From contig JAZJXT010000003.1 of NCBI GenBank assembly GCA_040390725.1, positions 1-32,501 of the forward strand: 32,501 bases of DNA, written 5' to 3'. This DNA comes from Patescibacteria group bacterium. GTDB taxonomy: Bacteria; Patescibacteriota; Minisyncoccia; Phycocordibacterales; UBA9973. The notes beneath the pieces were generated by a model. The model searched no databases and was not told the origin of the DNA. It was given only the letters and a program-made list of their open reading frames with translations. The position numbers and the translations under genes are program-made. This document shows, piece by piece, positions 1 to 7,959 of the stretch (the first letter of the stretch is position 1; every line of letters starts with the position of its first letter).

Positions 1-65
1 ATGGTTTAATGGTAGAACAGGTCCTTGCCAAGGATCAGATTCGGGTCCGATTCCCGGTACCCGCA
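1..65 (+). tRNA. tRNA-Gly(GCC), 5' end truncated by window edge
   Basis: D arm GTTT-AATGGTA-GAAC; anticodon arm GGTCC-TTGCCAA-GGATC; T arm TCGGG-TCCGATT-CCCGG; 3' acceptor strand TACCCGC plus discriminator A65; no encoded CCA. Confidence 0.93.
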
Positions 66-89
66 CAAATAGGCTTATAGTGCTAAATC

Positions 90-98
90 TGTGGATAA
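90..98 (-). promoter_or_regulatory. DnaA box
   Basis: TGTGGATAA is the reverse complement of the perfect box TTATCCACA; degenerate co-oriented copies at 102-110 and 111-119. Confidence 0.6.
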
Positions 99-157
99 CT
101 ATGTGGGTATTGTTTATAAAGGACATCTTTTAGGTTTGTCTTTGAGAAAAGTTTTTG

Positions 158-209
158 TTTAATAAAAGACAAAGTAGCTTGTTAAATAAGGATACTTTAA
201 TAAAAGACA
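158..209 (+). repeat. 14-bp direct repeat TTTAATAAAAGACA
   Basis: Exact copies at 158-171 and 196-209; related TTTATAAAGGACA at 113-125. Confidence 0.6.
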
Positions 210-235
210 TAAAAATTACTTGACTTTTAGATTTT

Positions 236-251
236 TGTTTCACGTGAAACA
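236..251. promoter_or_regulatory. parS: parS site (perfect)
   Basis: TGTTTCACGTGAAACA, the canonical ParB/Spo0J site; the palindrome extends to 233-254. Confidence 0.92.
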
Positions 252-259
252 AAATAAAG

Positions 260-275
260 TGTTTCATATGTAACA
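260..275. promoter_or_regulatory. parS: parS-like site
   Basis: TGTTTCATATGTAACA, 3 mismatches, 8 bp from the perfect site. Confidence 0.65.
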
Positions 276-278
276 AGA

Positions 279-313
279 ACCTCACCCTAGCCTCTCCTTA
301 TTAAGGAGAGGGG
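279..313 (+). repeat. short palindromic element, copy 1 (intergenic)
   Basis: ACCTCACCCTAG-CCTCTCCTTA-T-TAAGGAGAGG-GG; same element at 556-592 and 13717-13753. Confidence 0.85.
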
Positions 314-324
314 AAAATGCAAAA

Positions 325-340
325 CGTTACTCATGAAACA
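325..340. promoter_or_regulatory. parS: parS-like site
   Basis: CGTTACTCATGAAACA, 4 mismatches, immediately before the yraN ATG. Confidence 0.5.
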
Positions 341-342
341 TT

Positions 343-789
343 ATGCCAAAAGTTTTTACATCTAAAACTCAAAAAACAGGAGAAATTGGTGAGAACATCG
401 CTACTAGGTTTCTCGTGAAACATGGTTTTTCAATTCTGGAGCGTAATTATACTAAAAAGTGGGGTGAGATAGATATAATAGCTGAAAAGGGGAAGAAGCT
501 TTATTTCGTTGAGGTTAAGAGTGTTTCACGAGAAACATGGAATGTTTTGACTTACACCTCACCCCAGCCCTCTCCTTATAAAGGAGAGGGGGCAATACAT
601 GACAATTGGCGGGCAGAGGACAATATGCACCCATGGAAGCTTAAAAGACTTTCAAGGACAATCCAGACATATTTGTTGTCTAAGAAGATTCCGGAAGAAA
701 TGGAATGGCAATTTGACCTTTTGGTTGTGTACTTAGACATGGAAGGGAAGAAAGCTCGGGTAAAAGTAGTCAAAGACATAATTCTATGA
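343..789 (+). CDS. yraN: YraN family protein (UPF0102, PD-(D/E)xK-like) with palindrome-derived insertion
   Basis: GEIGENIA...GFSILERNY...GEIDIIA...LYFVEVK...FDLL motifs. Confidence 0.93.
   Translation: MPKVFTSKTQKTGEIGENIATRFLVKHGFSILERNYTKKWGEIDIIAEKGKKLYFVEVKSVSRETWNVLTYTSPQPSPYKGEGAIHDNWRAEDNMHPWKLKRLSRTIQTYLLSKKIPEEMEWQFDLLVVYLDMEGKKARVKVVKDIIL
407..422. promoter_or_regulatory. parS: parS-like site inside yraN
   Basis: GGTTTCTCGTGAAACA, 2 mismatches. Confidence 0.7.
522..537. promoter_or_regulatory. parS: parS-like site inside yraN (encodes VSRET)
   Basis: TGTTTCACGAGAAACA, 1 mismatch. Confidence 0.82.
556..592 (+). repeat. short palindromic element, copy 2 (in-frame in yraN)
   Basis: ACCTCACCCCAG-CCCTCTCCTT-ATA-AAGGAGAGGG-GG; encodes TSPQPSPYKGEG. 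Confidence 0.85.
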
Positions 790-810
790 TAGTATAAAAT
801 AGTTTTACTA

Positions 811-881
811 CGGGATGTAGTATACCGGTAGTACGTCTGTTTTGGGAACAGATAGACTGGGTTCGATTCCCAGCATCCCGA
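811..881 (+). tRNA. tRNA-Pro(TGG)
   Basis: Acceptor CGGGATG/CATCCCG; anticodon arm TCTGT-TTTGGGA-ACAGA; T arm CTGGG-TTCGATT-CCCAG; no encoded CCA. Confidence 0.95.
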
Positions 882-916
882 CATTGTTTTAATAGTTTTT
901 TAAGTAATATAAATAA

Positions 917-987
917 GCGGGATTAGTTTATCGGTAAAATAACAGTTTTCCAAACTGTGGTGAAGGGTTCGACTCCCTTATCCCGCA
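917..987 (+). tRNA. tRNA-Gly(TCC)
   Basis: Acceptor GCGGGAT/ATCCCGC; anticodon arm ACAGT-TTTCCAA-ACTGT; T arm AAGGG-TTCGACT-CCCTT; discriminator A; no encoded CCA. Confidence 0.95.
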
Positions 988-993
988 CAAAAT

Positions 994-1027
994 AAAAAAA
1001 CCACCGAAGTCATTTGGTGGTTTTTTT
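994..1027. terminator. bidirectional intrinsic terminator
   Basis: A7-CCACCGAA-GTCA-TTTGGTGG-T7 between convergent tRNA-Gly and M23 genes. Confidence 0.88.
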
Positions 1028-2171
1028 ATTGTAGTTTCCAGGAACTTCCTGTTTTATCAAAACCTGGATTTGTCGCTCCGCGGACTTCAAAATGCAAATG
1101 TGGCCCAGTAGAATGACCCGTACTCCCAACCTTACCAATAACTTCTCCTTGTTTTACAAAATCCCCTTTACTTACAAGAATTTTAGACTGATGAGCATAA
1201 AAAGTTTCAGTGCCATTTGAATGCTTAACAATAGTGAGATAACCGAAACCACCGTTATAAGCGTGATCACGGGCGAATATAACCACTCCATCAGCTGCAG
1301 CCTTGATAGGGGTACCGATTTCATGACAACTCATATCAACAGCATAATGGTCATGTTTTCCTTGGGTAAGCGGACAAGGAATTGGTTTTATAAAATATCC
1401 AAAAATTGAACCAATGTTCGTCTCTACATATAAAGGTATTTTACCTTTTTTATTAGTACTTTTTACAGGAGTTTTATCGACAACCTCACCATCTGGAATA
1501 ATCAATTCATCACCTAAGCTTAATTTTGTACCCTCAGTAATACCATTAAAACTTTCAATATCACTGATGTCTGCTTTATAAAATTTAGCAATACTTTTCA
1601 ATGTCTCTCCTTTAGTAACAGTATGTTTAACCCCGGAAACTGGTAAAATAACCAAAATATCACCTTCTGTTAATTTATCACCCTTCTTCATATCATTAGC
1701 CCATAAAATAGTATTAACTGAAACACCAAACATATCGGCTATTTGAGCAATAGAATCTCCCTTTTTTACAACATAAATACTTGTTTGGTTGGAATAAGAA
1801 TCTTCCGTGTCCATATTGTCGTCTATAATATGGCCCGTACTGGCTGGAACTAGAGCATTTTCGGAAGAGATATTCACACTTGCATCTTCTTGAATTACAC
1901 CATCACTACTGTCATCTTTTTTAATACTATTATTATCTTTATCTTTTTTATCTTGAATTATAGCTGTTGGAGAGATGTTTGACTGCAAAAGAGTCATTGT
2001 TTGTAGGTTTTTATCTACTTGAGAGGAATCAGTACTATCAGAAGCCAAGGCATCAGTTCCTAGGAAAGAAGGTAGCGACCAGGCATTTACCTTTTGGTAA
2101 GACACGAAAAAGCTCCCGAATATCAGAAAAAAAGCCAAAATAGCGCTAAAAATTTTAAATTGAGTTTTAAT
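1026..2171 (-). CDS. secreted LysM-LysM-M23 peptidoglycan endopeptidase (start possibly ATT 2171; ORF track gives TTG 2138)
   Basis: Two LysM repeats (YVVKKGDSIAQIA; HTVTKGETLKSIA); M23 zinc motifs HYAVD and GPHLHFEVR; signal peptide ending VNA. Confidence 0.92.
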   Translation of the reverse strand: MKTQFKIFSAILAFFLIFGSFFVSYQKVNAWSLPSFLGTDALASDSTDSSQVDKNLQTMTLLQSNISPTAIIQDKKDKDNNSIKKDDSSDGVIQEDASVNISSENALVPASTGHIIDDNMDTEDSYSNQTSIYVVKKGDSIAQIADMFGVSVNTILWANDMKKGDKLTEGDILVILPVSGVKHTVTKGETLKSIAKFYKADISDIESFNGITEGTKLSLGDELIIPDGEVVDKTPVKSTNKKGKIPLYVETNIGSIFGYFIKPIPCPLTQGKHDHYAVDMSCHEIGTPIKAAADGVVIFARDHAYNGGFGYLTIVKHSNGTETFYAHQSKILVSKGDFVKQGEVIGKVGSTGHSTGPHLHFEVRGATNPGFDKTGSSWKLQ

Positions 2172-2327
2172 AAACTAATTTGTTATCGCAAGAATTCCTT
2201 TTTATCCTTGATAAATAAGGATAAAATACAGAACGACCAAGTTTGTATTAAACACAAAGGCTCTCACGATGTTACTGTCTTCGCTGATTTCAGTCATCTA
2301 AGTCCTGCTCCTGTTCCGTGTTCTTTA

Positions 2328-2355
2328 ATGGTACCAAACTGACAAAGCAAGTCAA
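2328..2355 (-). promoter_or_regulatory. sigma70-type promoter for the M23 gene
   Basis: Minus strand TTGACT-16 nt-TACCAT, with extended -10 TGG. Confidence 0.55.
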
Positions 2356-2361
2356 CCTAAG

Positions 2362-2370
2362 TGTGGAAAA
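2362..2370 (-). promoter_or_regulatory. DnaA box-like site between divergent promoters
   Basis: TGTGGAAAA = TTTTCCACA, fits TTWTNCACA. Confidence 0.4.
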
Positions 2371-2378
2371 CCTGTGAC

Positions 2379-2407
2379 TTGACAAAATATTTGAAAGGGT
2401 GTATACT
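2379..2407 (+). promoter_or_regulatory. sigma70-type promoter for the hypothetical-protein cassette
   Basis: TTGACA-17 nt-TATACT. Confidence 0.8.
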
Positions 2408-2481
2408 AGTAATGTTGTAGGTAAAAAAACTAGGTGTTAAAAGATAAAAGAATTATAATAGAAAGAATAAATATAAAAAAT

Positions 2482-4665
2482 ATGAAAGAAAAAGTAGAAC
2501 AACAAAAAAAAAGAATTTTTAAAAAAGCTCCTCAAACGCCTCTTCGCATAAATCCCCATACAGGACGAGATATTCCAAATTCTACGGAACAAATTAACCT
2601 CAGTGGCATACCGGATGCCAGAAGACTTTTAAATTTAGGATACCCGGATACCACTATAAAAAAACTAAGCGGTCAAGAAAAAGCAAGAAGAACAATCCTT
2701 CAAGGAAATATAACTTTTGAAAAATTCAAAGAAGATTTGTTGAAAAGAAAAGACAAAGAAATGTCTGGAGATGAAGCAGCGAGAATCGAAGAGGTGCAAT
2801 ACAGACTTAAAAGATTAGACAAAAGGGAAAATGAAAGAATCGCAGAACAAATAGCAAAACTAACACCTGGTAGTAAAATTTTCAGCATGGTTGAGGGAAT
2901 AGGCACTGTAGACGAAATCCCGAATGAGCAAACTAAAAACAAAAAATATAGAATAATAACGACTGCAACTAACGGTGAAAAACGCACATTCTTGTTAACA
3001 ATAAAAGAGCTGTCAGAACTCTTAAGAGAAGAAAAAATAAGAATACTGCCGGAGAACAACGACAGCCCAGACGACAAATTCATGCGCCGTATCCTTACTT
3101 CTTTCTATGCCATAGAGATAAAAAATCAAAAAGAGAAAGAGATTAGAAAAAGAAAAGATAGGATAAAGGCCGGGGAAGAGGCTGGACCAGAAATAAAAAA
3201 TTTGGAAGAGTTAAAACTAGCAGAAAGTAAGCCTGAATGGCTTAAAAGGCTGGTTGATTTTAGAATGACCTCTATCCAGCCGTTTTTAAATGAAAAAAAT
3301 GAAAAAAAACAAAGACTTTTTACAAAAGAAAGTTTTAGAAAATTCGGACCGCAAATACTTTATTTCCTAGAAGGAGTAGAAAAACCGGACCTGCCAAAAA
3401 GAAAAAAAGGGAAAGACAAGCCTGTTGGAGAAGGATCTTCCATTAAAACAATAAGCACCAAAGCCAAAATAATACCTACTAATGAACATTCTATTATTTC
3501 TTTTGAGACGTTAAAAAATTTATTTAAATCCGGACAAGTCCAAAATCCGGCGCGACCTTTGCCGATGAAATTGATAGAAAATAATATGGAGCTGAGAAAA
3601 GCATATGAACAAGTGACAAGAGACATCAATAATACAATGAACGCCTTGGAAAAAAGCGACAAGTACCCAAATACTGTTTTTGGAAATATTCTTGCGTACC
3701 AAAGAAAAAAAGACAATCCAATAGAAGCGCGACTAGCCCTGCCAGGTACTACAGCTATTTTTAGTAATAGGCCCGATGACCATTCCAACGGCAGTTATTG
3801 CACCTTTTTAAATAATTTTAAAAATGGAGGGTTTTACATACAATCAGACCACCCTAAATTAAAAAAAATCGGAGAAAAACTTCAAGAACTTATACCTGAA
3901 CTAGAAATAGGGGAACAATCATTAAAATTCGAACCGAAAAATCCTAAAGACGGAATCACCAAAGAAATGCTTTTTAATATGATTGATCCCGGTATTTTAA
4001 ATAAAAAAATTGAAGGAAAAAAAGAAGTAGGGGAAAAAACAGAAGAAAAAAGAGGCGTAGCAATTTCAGAATTAATTGCACCGGAAAAACAAGAGGAAGT
4101 AGTAAATTTAATTACCAAAGAAGAAGAACTTAAGCAAAAAATTGACGCTGTAAATCAAAGAATCGCAGAACTGTTGGCATTAAAAAAAGAAGCCTCGCCT
4201 ACGGAAAAGGTTCTGGAAGAAACACCTGCGGAAATACCCGTAGAAAAAAATTTAGAAAATAAAAAAACAGATGAATTTAACGAACAAGAATTAAAAAAAG
4301 AAATAGAAAAAATCATACAAAATTTCGCGGGCAAATTAGAAGAAAAGGGGTTAAAATACGAAAGCTTGAAAATAACCAAGACAGGCGCAAATGGATTTAA
4401 TATAAATGCAAAATTAAAAGGAAATTGGATGACTGGTAGCCCGGTATTTAATGCCAATATCGAATCTCAAGATGGGAAAATAGCGACCTTGGACTATAAA
4501 TTGGATGCAAACCCATTTGTGAAAGTTCTCGCAAAAGAACAAGTTGAAAAATTAGCGAATACGCTGGGAGAAGAAGTAAAAAAATATATAGAAAAAGACA
4601 AGGGTAAAAAAGTGGAAAGGATGGATATAGAAAATGGAGTTTTGAAAGTGACTTACGCATCTTAA
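2482..4665 (+). CDS. large Lys/Glu-rich hypothetical protein (ATG 2482 preferred over GTG 2434)
   Basis: Long ORF; A-rich region before ATG; no signal peptide; coiled-coil stretches. Confidence 0.85.
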   Translation: MKEKVEQQKKRIFKKAPQTPLRINPHTGRDIPNSTEQINLSGIPDARRLLNLGYPDTTIKKLSGQEKARRTILQGNITFEKFKEDLLKRKDKEMSGDEAARIEEVQYRLKRLDKRENERIAEQIAKLTPGSKIFSMVEGIGTVDEIPNEQTKNKKYRIITTATNGEKRTFLLTIKELSELLREEKIRILPENNDSPDDKFMRRILTSFYAIEIKNQKEKEIRKRKDRIKAGEEAGPEIKNLEELKLAESKPEWLKRLVDFRMTSIQPFLNEKNEKKQRLFTKESFRKFGPQILYFLEGVEKPDLPKRKKGKDKPVGEGSSIKTISTKAKIIPTNEHSIISFETLKNLFKSGQVQNPARPLPMKLIENNMELRKAYEQVTRDINNTMNALEKSDKYPNTVFGNILAYQRKKDNPIEARLALPGTTAIFSNRPDDHSNGSYCTFLNNFKNGGFYIQSDHPKLKKIGEKLQELIPELEIGEQSLKFEPKNPKDGITKEMLFNMIDPGILNKKIEGKKEVGEKTEEKRGVAISELIAPEKQEEVVNLITKEEELKQKIDAVNQRIAELLALKKEASPTEKVLEETPAEIPVEKNLENKKTDEFNEQELKKEIEKIIQNFAGKLEEKGLKYESLKITKTGANGFNINAKLKGNWMTGSPVFNANIESQDGKIATLDYKLDANPFVKVLAKEQVEKLANTLGEEVKKYIEKDKGKKVERMDIENGVLKVTYAS

Positions 4666-4677
4666 TTAAAAAATTTC

Positions 4678-5391
4678 ATGACTGAAAACTTATCACAACA
4701 AGAAATAGATCTGCAGTTAGCAAAACTTCAAGAAGTACTTGGAGAAGCTACAGGCGAGCTGGAAGAAGTGAAAGCTCAAAGACTAAGCCAAGAAAGACAA
4801 ATAAAAATACAAAAGCTAAAAGAAGAATTGGCTGAATTAAAAGCCAAAATAGATTCCATGCCGGACGATAAAGAAATCGTTAAAGAAACTGCAACAGGTG
4901 GCGAAGAAATTCCTGAAAAAGGTCCGACAAAAGAAGAATTGGCTGAACTTGATGAAGAAGTCAGAAAATGCGGAATGCATGGAGCCAATGGAAATATTTC
5001 TACCTATAAGGCATTTTTGAAAAGTGGTTTGTCATATCCTGACTTGCAAGAAAAATTAGAAGAAATAATAAATAAATATAAAAAAAATCCTAAGGAAGTA
5101 AAAGAAGTGAAAAATGTTGGAGGTAAAAATTTTAATGGAATAAACATAACAACAGACAAGCATGCCACTTTTAAACTAACTAAAAAAAATGAAGTTGAAA
5201 TTGTTGATAAAAAGAAAGCATTTGCCGGAATAAATAATGTATTGAAAGACTTTTATGAATGGGACGAATATCCTGACAATGATTCTTCTTCAATGATAGT
5301 AATAAAAAAACCGATAGTATCTTTTAATAAAGAAGGGGAAGTAAGTTCTGTTGAAAAAGGAAAAATAATTTTCAACACAGAAAAAAATTAG
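4678..5391 (+). CDS. hypothetical protein with N-terminal coiled coil
   Basis: 237-aa ORF, 12 bp after the previous stop. Confidence 0.85.
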   Translation: MTENLSQQEIDLQLAKLQEVLGEATGELEEVKAQRLSQERQIKIQKLKEELAELKAKIDSMPDDKEIVKETATGGEEIPEKGPTKEELAELDEEVRKCGMHGANGNISTYKAFLKSGLSYPDLQEKLEEIINKYKKNPKEVKEVKNVGGKNFNGINITTDKHATFKLTKKNEVEIVDKKKAFAGINNVLKDFYEWDEYPDNDSSSMIVIKKPIVSFNKEGEVSSVEKGKIIFNTEKN

Positions 5392-5410
5392 AAAATAAAT
5401 AAAATTATAT

Positions 5411-7786
5411 ATGAGCAAAGAAAATCCAACAAAAAAAGAACTCGAGGCGAAATATGCAGCAAAGCTGGCGGAGCTTGCTGTGCTTGAGGCTGAGGAAGCA
5501 ACCGTTGGCGCAAAAACAGAACCAGCAACAACAACGAAACGCAAAAAGAAAATAGGAGAAGGCAAAGGACCAGTCAAAAAAAATGAGACAGTTACGCCGG
5601 CAAGCGTTGAAAAAGATACAGCAACCCCTGCGGAAACTCCAGAGCCAACCCCAGAACCGGCGGTGATAGAAACTCCAAAAGAAGACACTAAAGAAAAAGA
5701 AAGGCTTGCGAGAATAGAAGAGATTAAAGAAGAAATTATTGAACTCATGAAAGGCATGGCGAGTATGGAATTCGCCGAATTGGAAGATTTGGAAGAATTT
5801 TATCGATACTTGGAAGCAAACCCGAACGATGAACTGATCGGGGCTATCGAAAATGAAGACGAAATAAAAATAAAAGAAGTGGAAGCAAAACTTTATGCTG
5901 AAAGAAAAATGCAGAAAAATATGCCAATAGTAGAACCTACTGAAATCTTAACGGAAGAAACTGTAAATGAAACTCCAAAAGAAGAAGAAAAACCACTTGA
6001 TTTAGATCAAACTTTAAACAAACAAGAGCTAGAAATAGCAAAACTAAAAAAAGAAATAAAAGATATACCATGGTATAAGAAATTATCGAAAGAAAGTAAG
6101 CATAAAAAAGACTTATTGGCTTATTGGCAATCAGAGTATGAAAAAACAAAAAAAATATCTACCACAGTGACCCCCTCCGTGACTATTATTGAAAAAGAAA
6201 AAACTTCAGAAACCCCCGCTCCTATACAAGTAATAGAAATTCAAGGAGAAGTTATTCCTGAAACAGTTGCGACAGAAACAGAAATGCCACAGGAAGAGAA
6301 ATCAGAAAAAGTCGGGCTGAATGTAGAATTTTTGAAAAATTACACCGAAAAAGTAGCGAAGCATTTTGAAATTTGCGATGAAGCAATAAAAAGCATGGAA
6401 CAAAATGCTATAGAAGTAAAAAAACTTTATCCTGACAAAGCGCCTATAGTAGACCAATTACTAGAAAAATTTAGAAATAAAATAAACAAAATAGATATTG
6501 AGAAATGGAAAAAAATTATTGAAGAAATAAATACAACGGGGAAAACAACTGATACTGAAATCCCAAGAATGTTACTGCAAATAACTAACGATACCGAAAA
6601 AGAAAGAGAGTTTAAGCGAAGACTTTTAAGGGACTTACTATCTTCATCAAAAGAGAAAATAAAATATACTGACTATGAAAAAGGCAAAAATATCGAAAAA
6701 ACCTATACAATAGATTATGTGGATACATATGAAGGAAGCATTCTTATCTTGGCTGAAGAGCTTAGAAATATTCATCGCTTTATTAATGAAGATCAAGAAG
6801 TAGTCGCGCCTGTTGAAAACAAAAGTGAAAAAATCATCAAAGATATTTTAGCCAGTTCAGAAGAAATTGGAATTGAATTTAAATATACTCCTTTGTTCGA
6901 AAATTTTGAAAATCACCCAGGTAAAATAAGCTCGGTGGAAAGAGACATAAGCCCGGCCTACAAAAATGTAATCGGACTAGAAAAAAATTACTGTAATGAG
7001 ATTTTTGATTATGGTTTTAAAACTGACTATGAAGACAGAAGAGGGATGGCATATTTTTATTCTCCTAAAAGTGAAGCTCAACCACTCGCAAAGACTGTCC
7101 TTGAGAGCTCAGAAGTTGAAACAGCTGAAACAGAAAAAATAAGAGAAGAAATTAAAAATGAATTGCTAGAAAAATACCAGCTTTTAATAGATAAAAAAAT
7201 TACCACAAATAATGATGCGCCAATAAATTTTGCAACCGATATTCTTCATTCACAATATTTCCGCGAACAATTAAAGGCAGGCTTGCCCGTTGAAAACATG
7301 ATAGCAAATGAAATCGCGGAAAGACTTTCACGGCTAGAAGAAACGTCAGCTAAAGAAAATAAAATCAGACATGGGAAAATTATAAAAAAACTACTGGAAT
7401 ACTTAAAAGAACTCAGCGAAAAACTAAATATAATTCCCGGATTTGCTGCCTCGAAAGAAAAAACAAAAGAAATTAACGAGAAAGAAAAAAGTAATATTGA
7501 GGAATTTTTTGCAAAGTCACCAAGTGAATATACTAAAAATCAAATCTTGGAAGGCAATACGCAATTTATAATCCTGGGGGAAAAACTAAGTGCTAGAAAT
7601 ACAAACAATGCCGACTATATATTTTTCGAGAAAGGCGAGAAGGGAACATTTGGCTATACTGAACCGGCAGACCAAGTTAAAATTGCTAATTTAATTGATC
7701 AAAAATACAATACCGAAAAATGGACCCCAGAGAAGATGGAAGAAATTAATACATATTTGGATAAAATTTTAACTGAGAATAAATAA
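5411..7786 (+). CDS. large acidic hypothetical protein with Pro/Glu/Thr linkers
   Basis: 791-aa ORF; no signal peptide or TM segment. Confidence 0.87.
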   Translation: MSKENPTKKELEAKYAAKLAELAVLEAEEATVGAKTEPATTTKRKKKIGEGKGPVKKNETVTPASVEKDTATPAETPEPTPEPAVIETPKEDTKEKERLARIEEIKEEIIELMKGMASMEFAELEDLEEFYRYLEANPNDELIGAIENEDEIKIKEVEAKLYAERKMQKNMPIVEPTEILTEETVNETPKEEEKPLDLDQTLNKQELEIAKLKKEIKDIPWYKKLSKESKHKKDLLAYWQSEYEKTKKISTTVTPSVTIIEKEKTSETPAPIQVIEIQGEVIPETVATETEMPQEEKSEKVGLNVEFLKNYTEKVAKHFEICDEAIKSMEQNAIEVKKLYPDKAPIVDQLLEKFRNKINKIDIEKWKKIIEEINTTGKTTDTEIPRMLLQITNDTEKEREFKRRLLRDLLSSSKEKIKYTDYEKGKNIEKTYTIDYVDTYEGSILILAEELRNIHRFINEDQEVVAPVENKSEKIIKDILASSEEIGIEFKYTPLFENFENHPGKISSVERDISPAYKNVIGLEKNYCNEIFDYGFKTDYEDRRGMAYFYSPKSEAQPLAKTVLESSEVETAETEKIREEIKNELLEKYQLLIDKKITTNNDAPINFATDILHSQYFREQLKAGLPVENMIANEIAERLSRLEETSAKENKIRHGKIIKKLLEYLKELSEKLNIIPGFAASKEKTKEINEKEKSNIEEFFAKSPSEYTKNQILEGNTQFIILGEKLSARNTNNADYIFFEKGEKGTFGYTEPADQVKIANLIDQKYNTEKWTPEKMEEINTYLDKILTENK

Positions 7787-7793
7787 TAAATAA

Positions 7794-7955
7794 ATGACAC
7801 AAGAAGATGCGTTGGAAAAAATAAAAGAAATTTGCAATAAAGCTAAAAAGAAATTGATGGAGCTTTCTTTACTGCAGGATAAAATAATCAGCAAGCATTC
7901 AATAAAAACAAAAATGGAAAAAATAAAAGAATTAGAAGATAAATTAAAAAATTAA
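7794..7955 (+). CDS. small 53-aa helical protein (absent from ORF track)
   Basis: ATG..TAA gives MTQEDALEKIKEICNKAKKKLMELSLLQDKIISKHSIKTKMEKIKELEDKLKN and fills the gap (7 bp and 4 bp spacers). Confidence 0.75.
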   Translation: MTQEDALEKIKEICNKAKKKLMELSLLQDKIISKHSIKTKMEKIKELEDKLKN

Positions 7956-7959
7956 AATC

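Noticed and set aside
113-592. CRISPR array or iteron plasmid origin
   Set aside because: Repeats are few, of several kinds and irregularly spaced; parS and the palindromic element explain most; no cas or rep gene.
787-789. Genetic code 25 (TGA = Gly)
   Set aside because: yraN ends at TGA at the expected length and long ORFs are intact under code 11.
576-884. 102-aa minus-strand ORF
   Set aside because: Antisense to tRNA-Pro and yraN; shadow ORF.
2172-2322. Known riboswitch (c-di-AMP, glycine, glmS, c-di-GMP)
   Set aside because: Could not match the conserved cores by eye; reported only as an unknown structured leader.
2094-2342. 82-aa plus-strand ORF
   Set aside because: Overlaps the M23 5' end and its leader and promoter; atypical composition.
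2482-4665. Enzymatic assignment (e.g. degenerate DHH domain or lipid-binding C-terminal fold)
   Set aside because: No catalytic motif could be pinned down; left as hypothetical pending profile searches.
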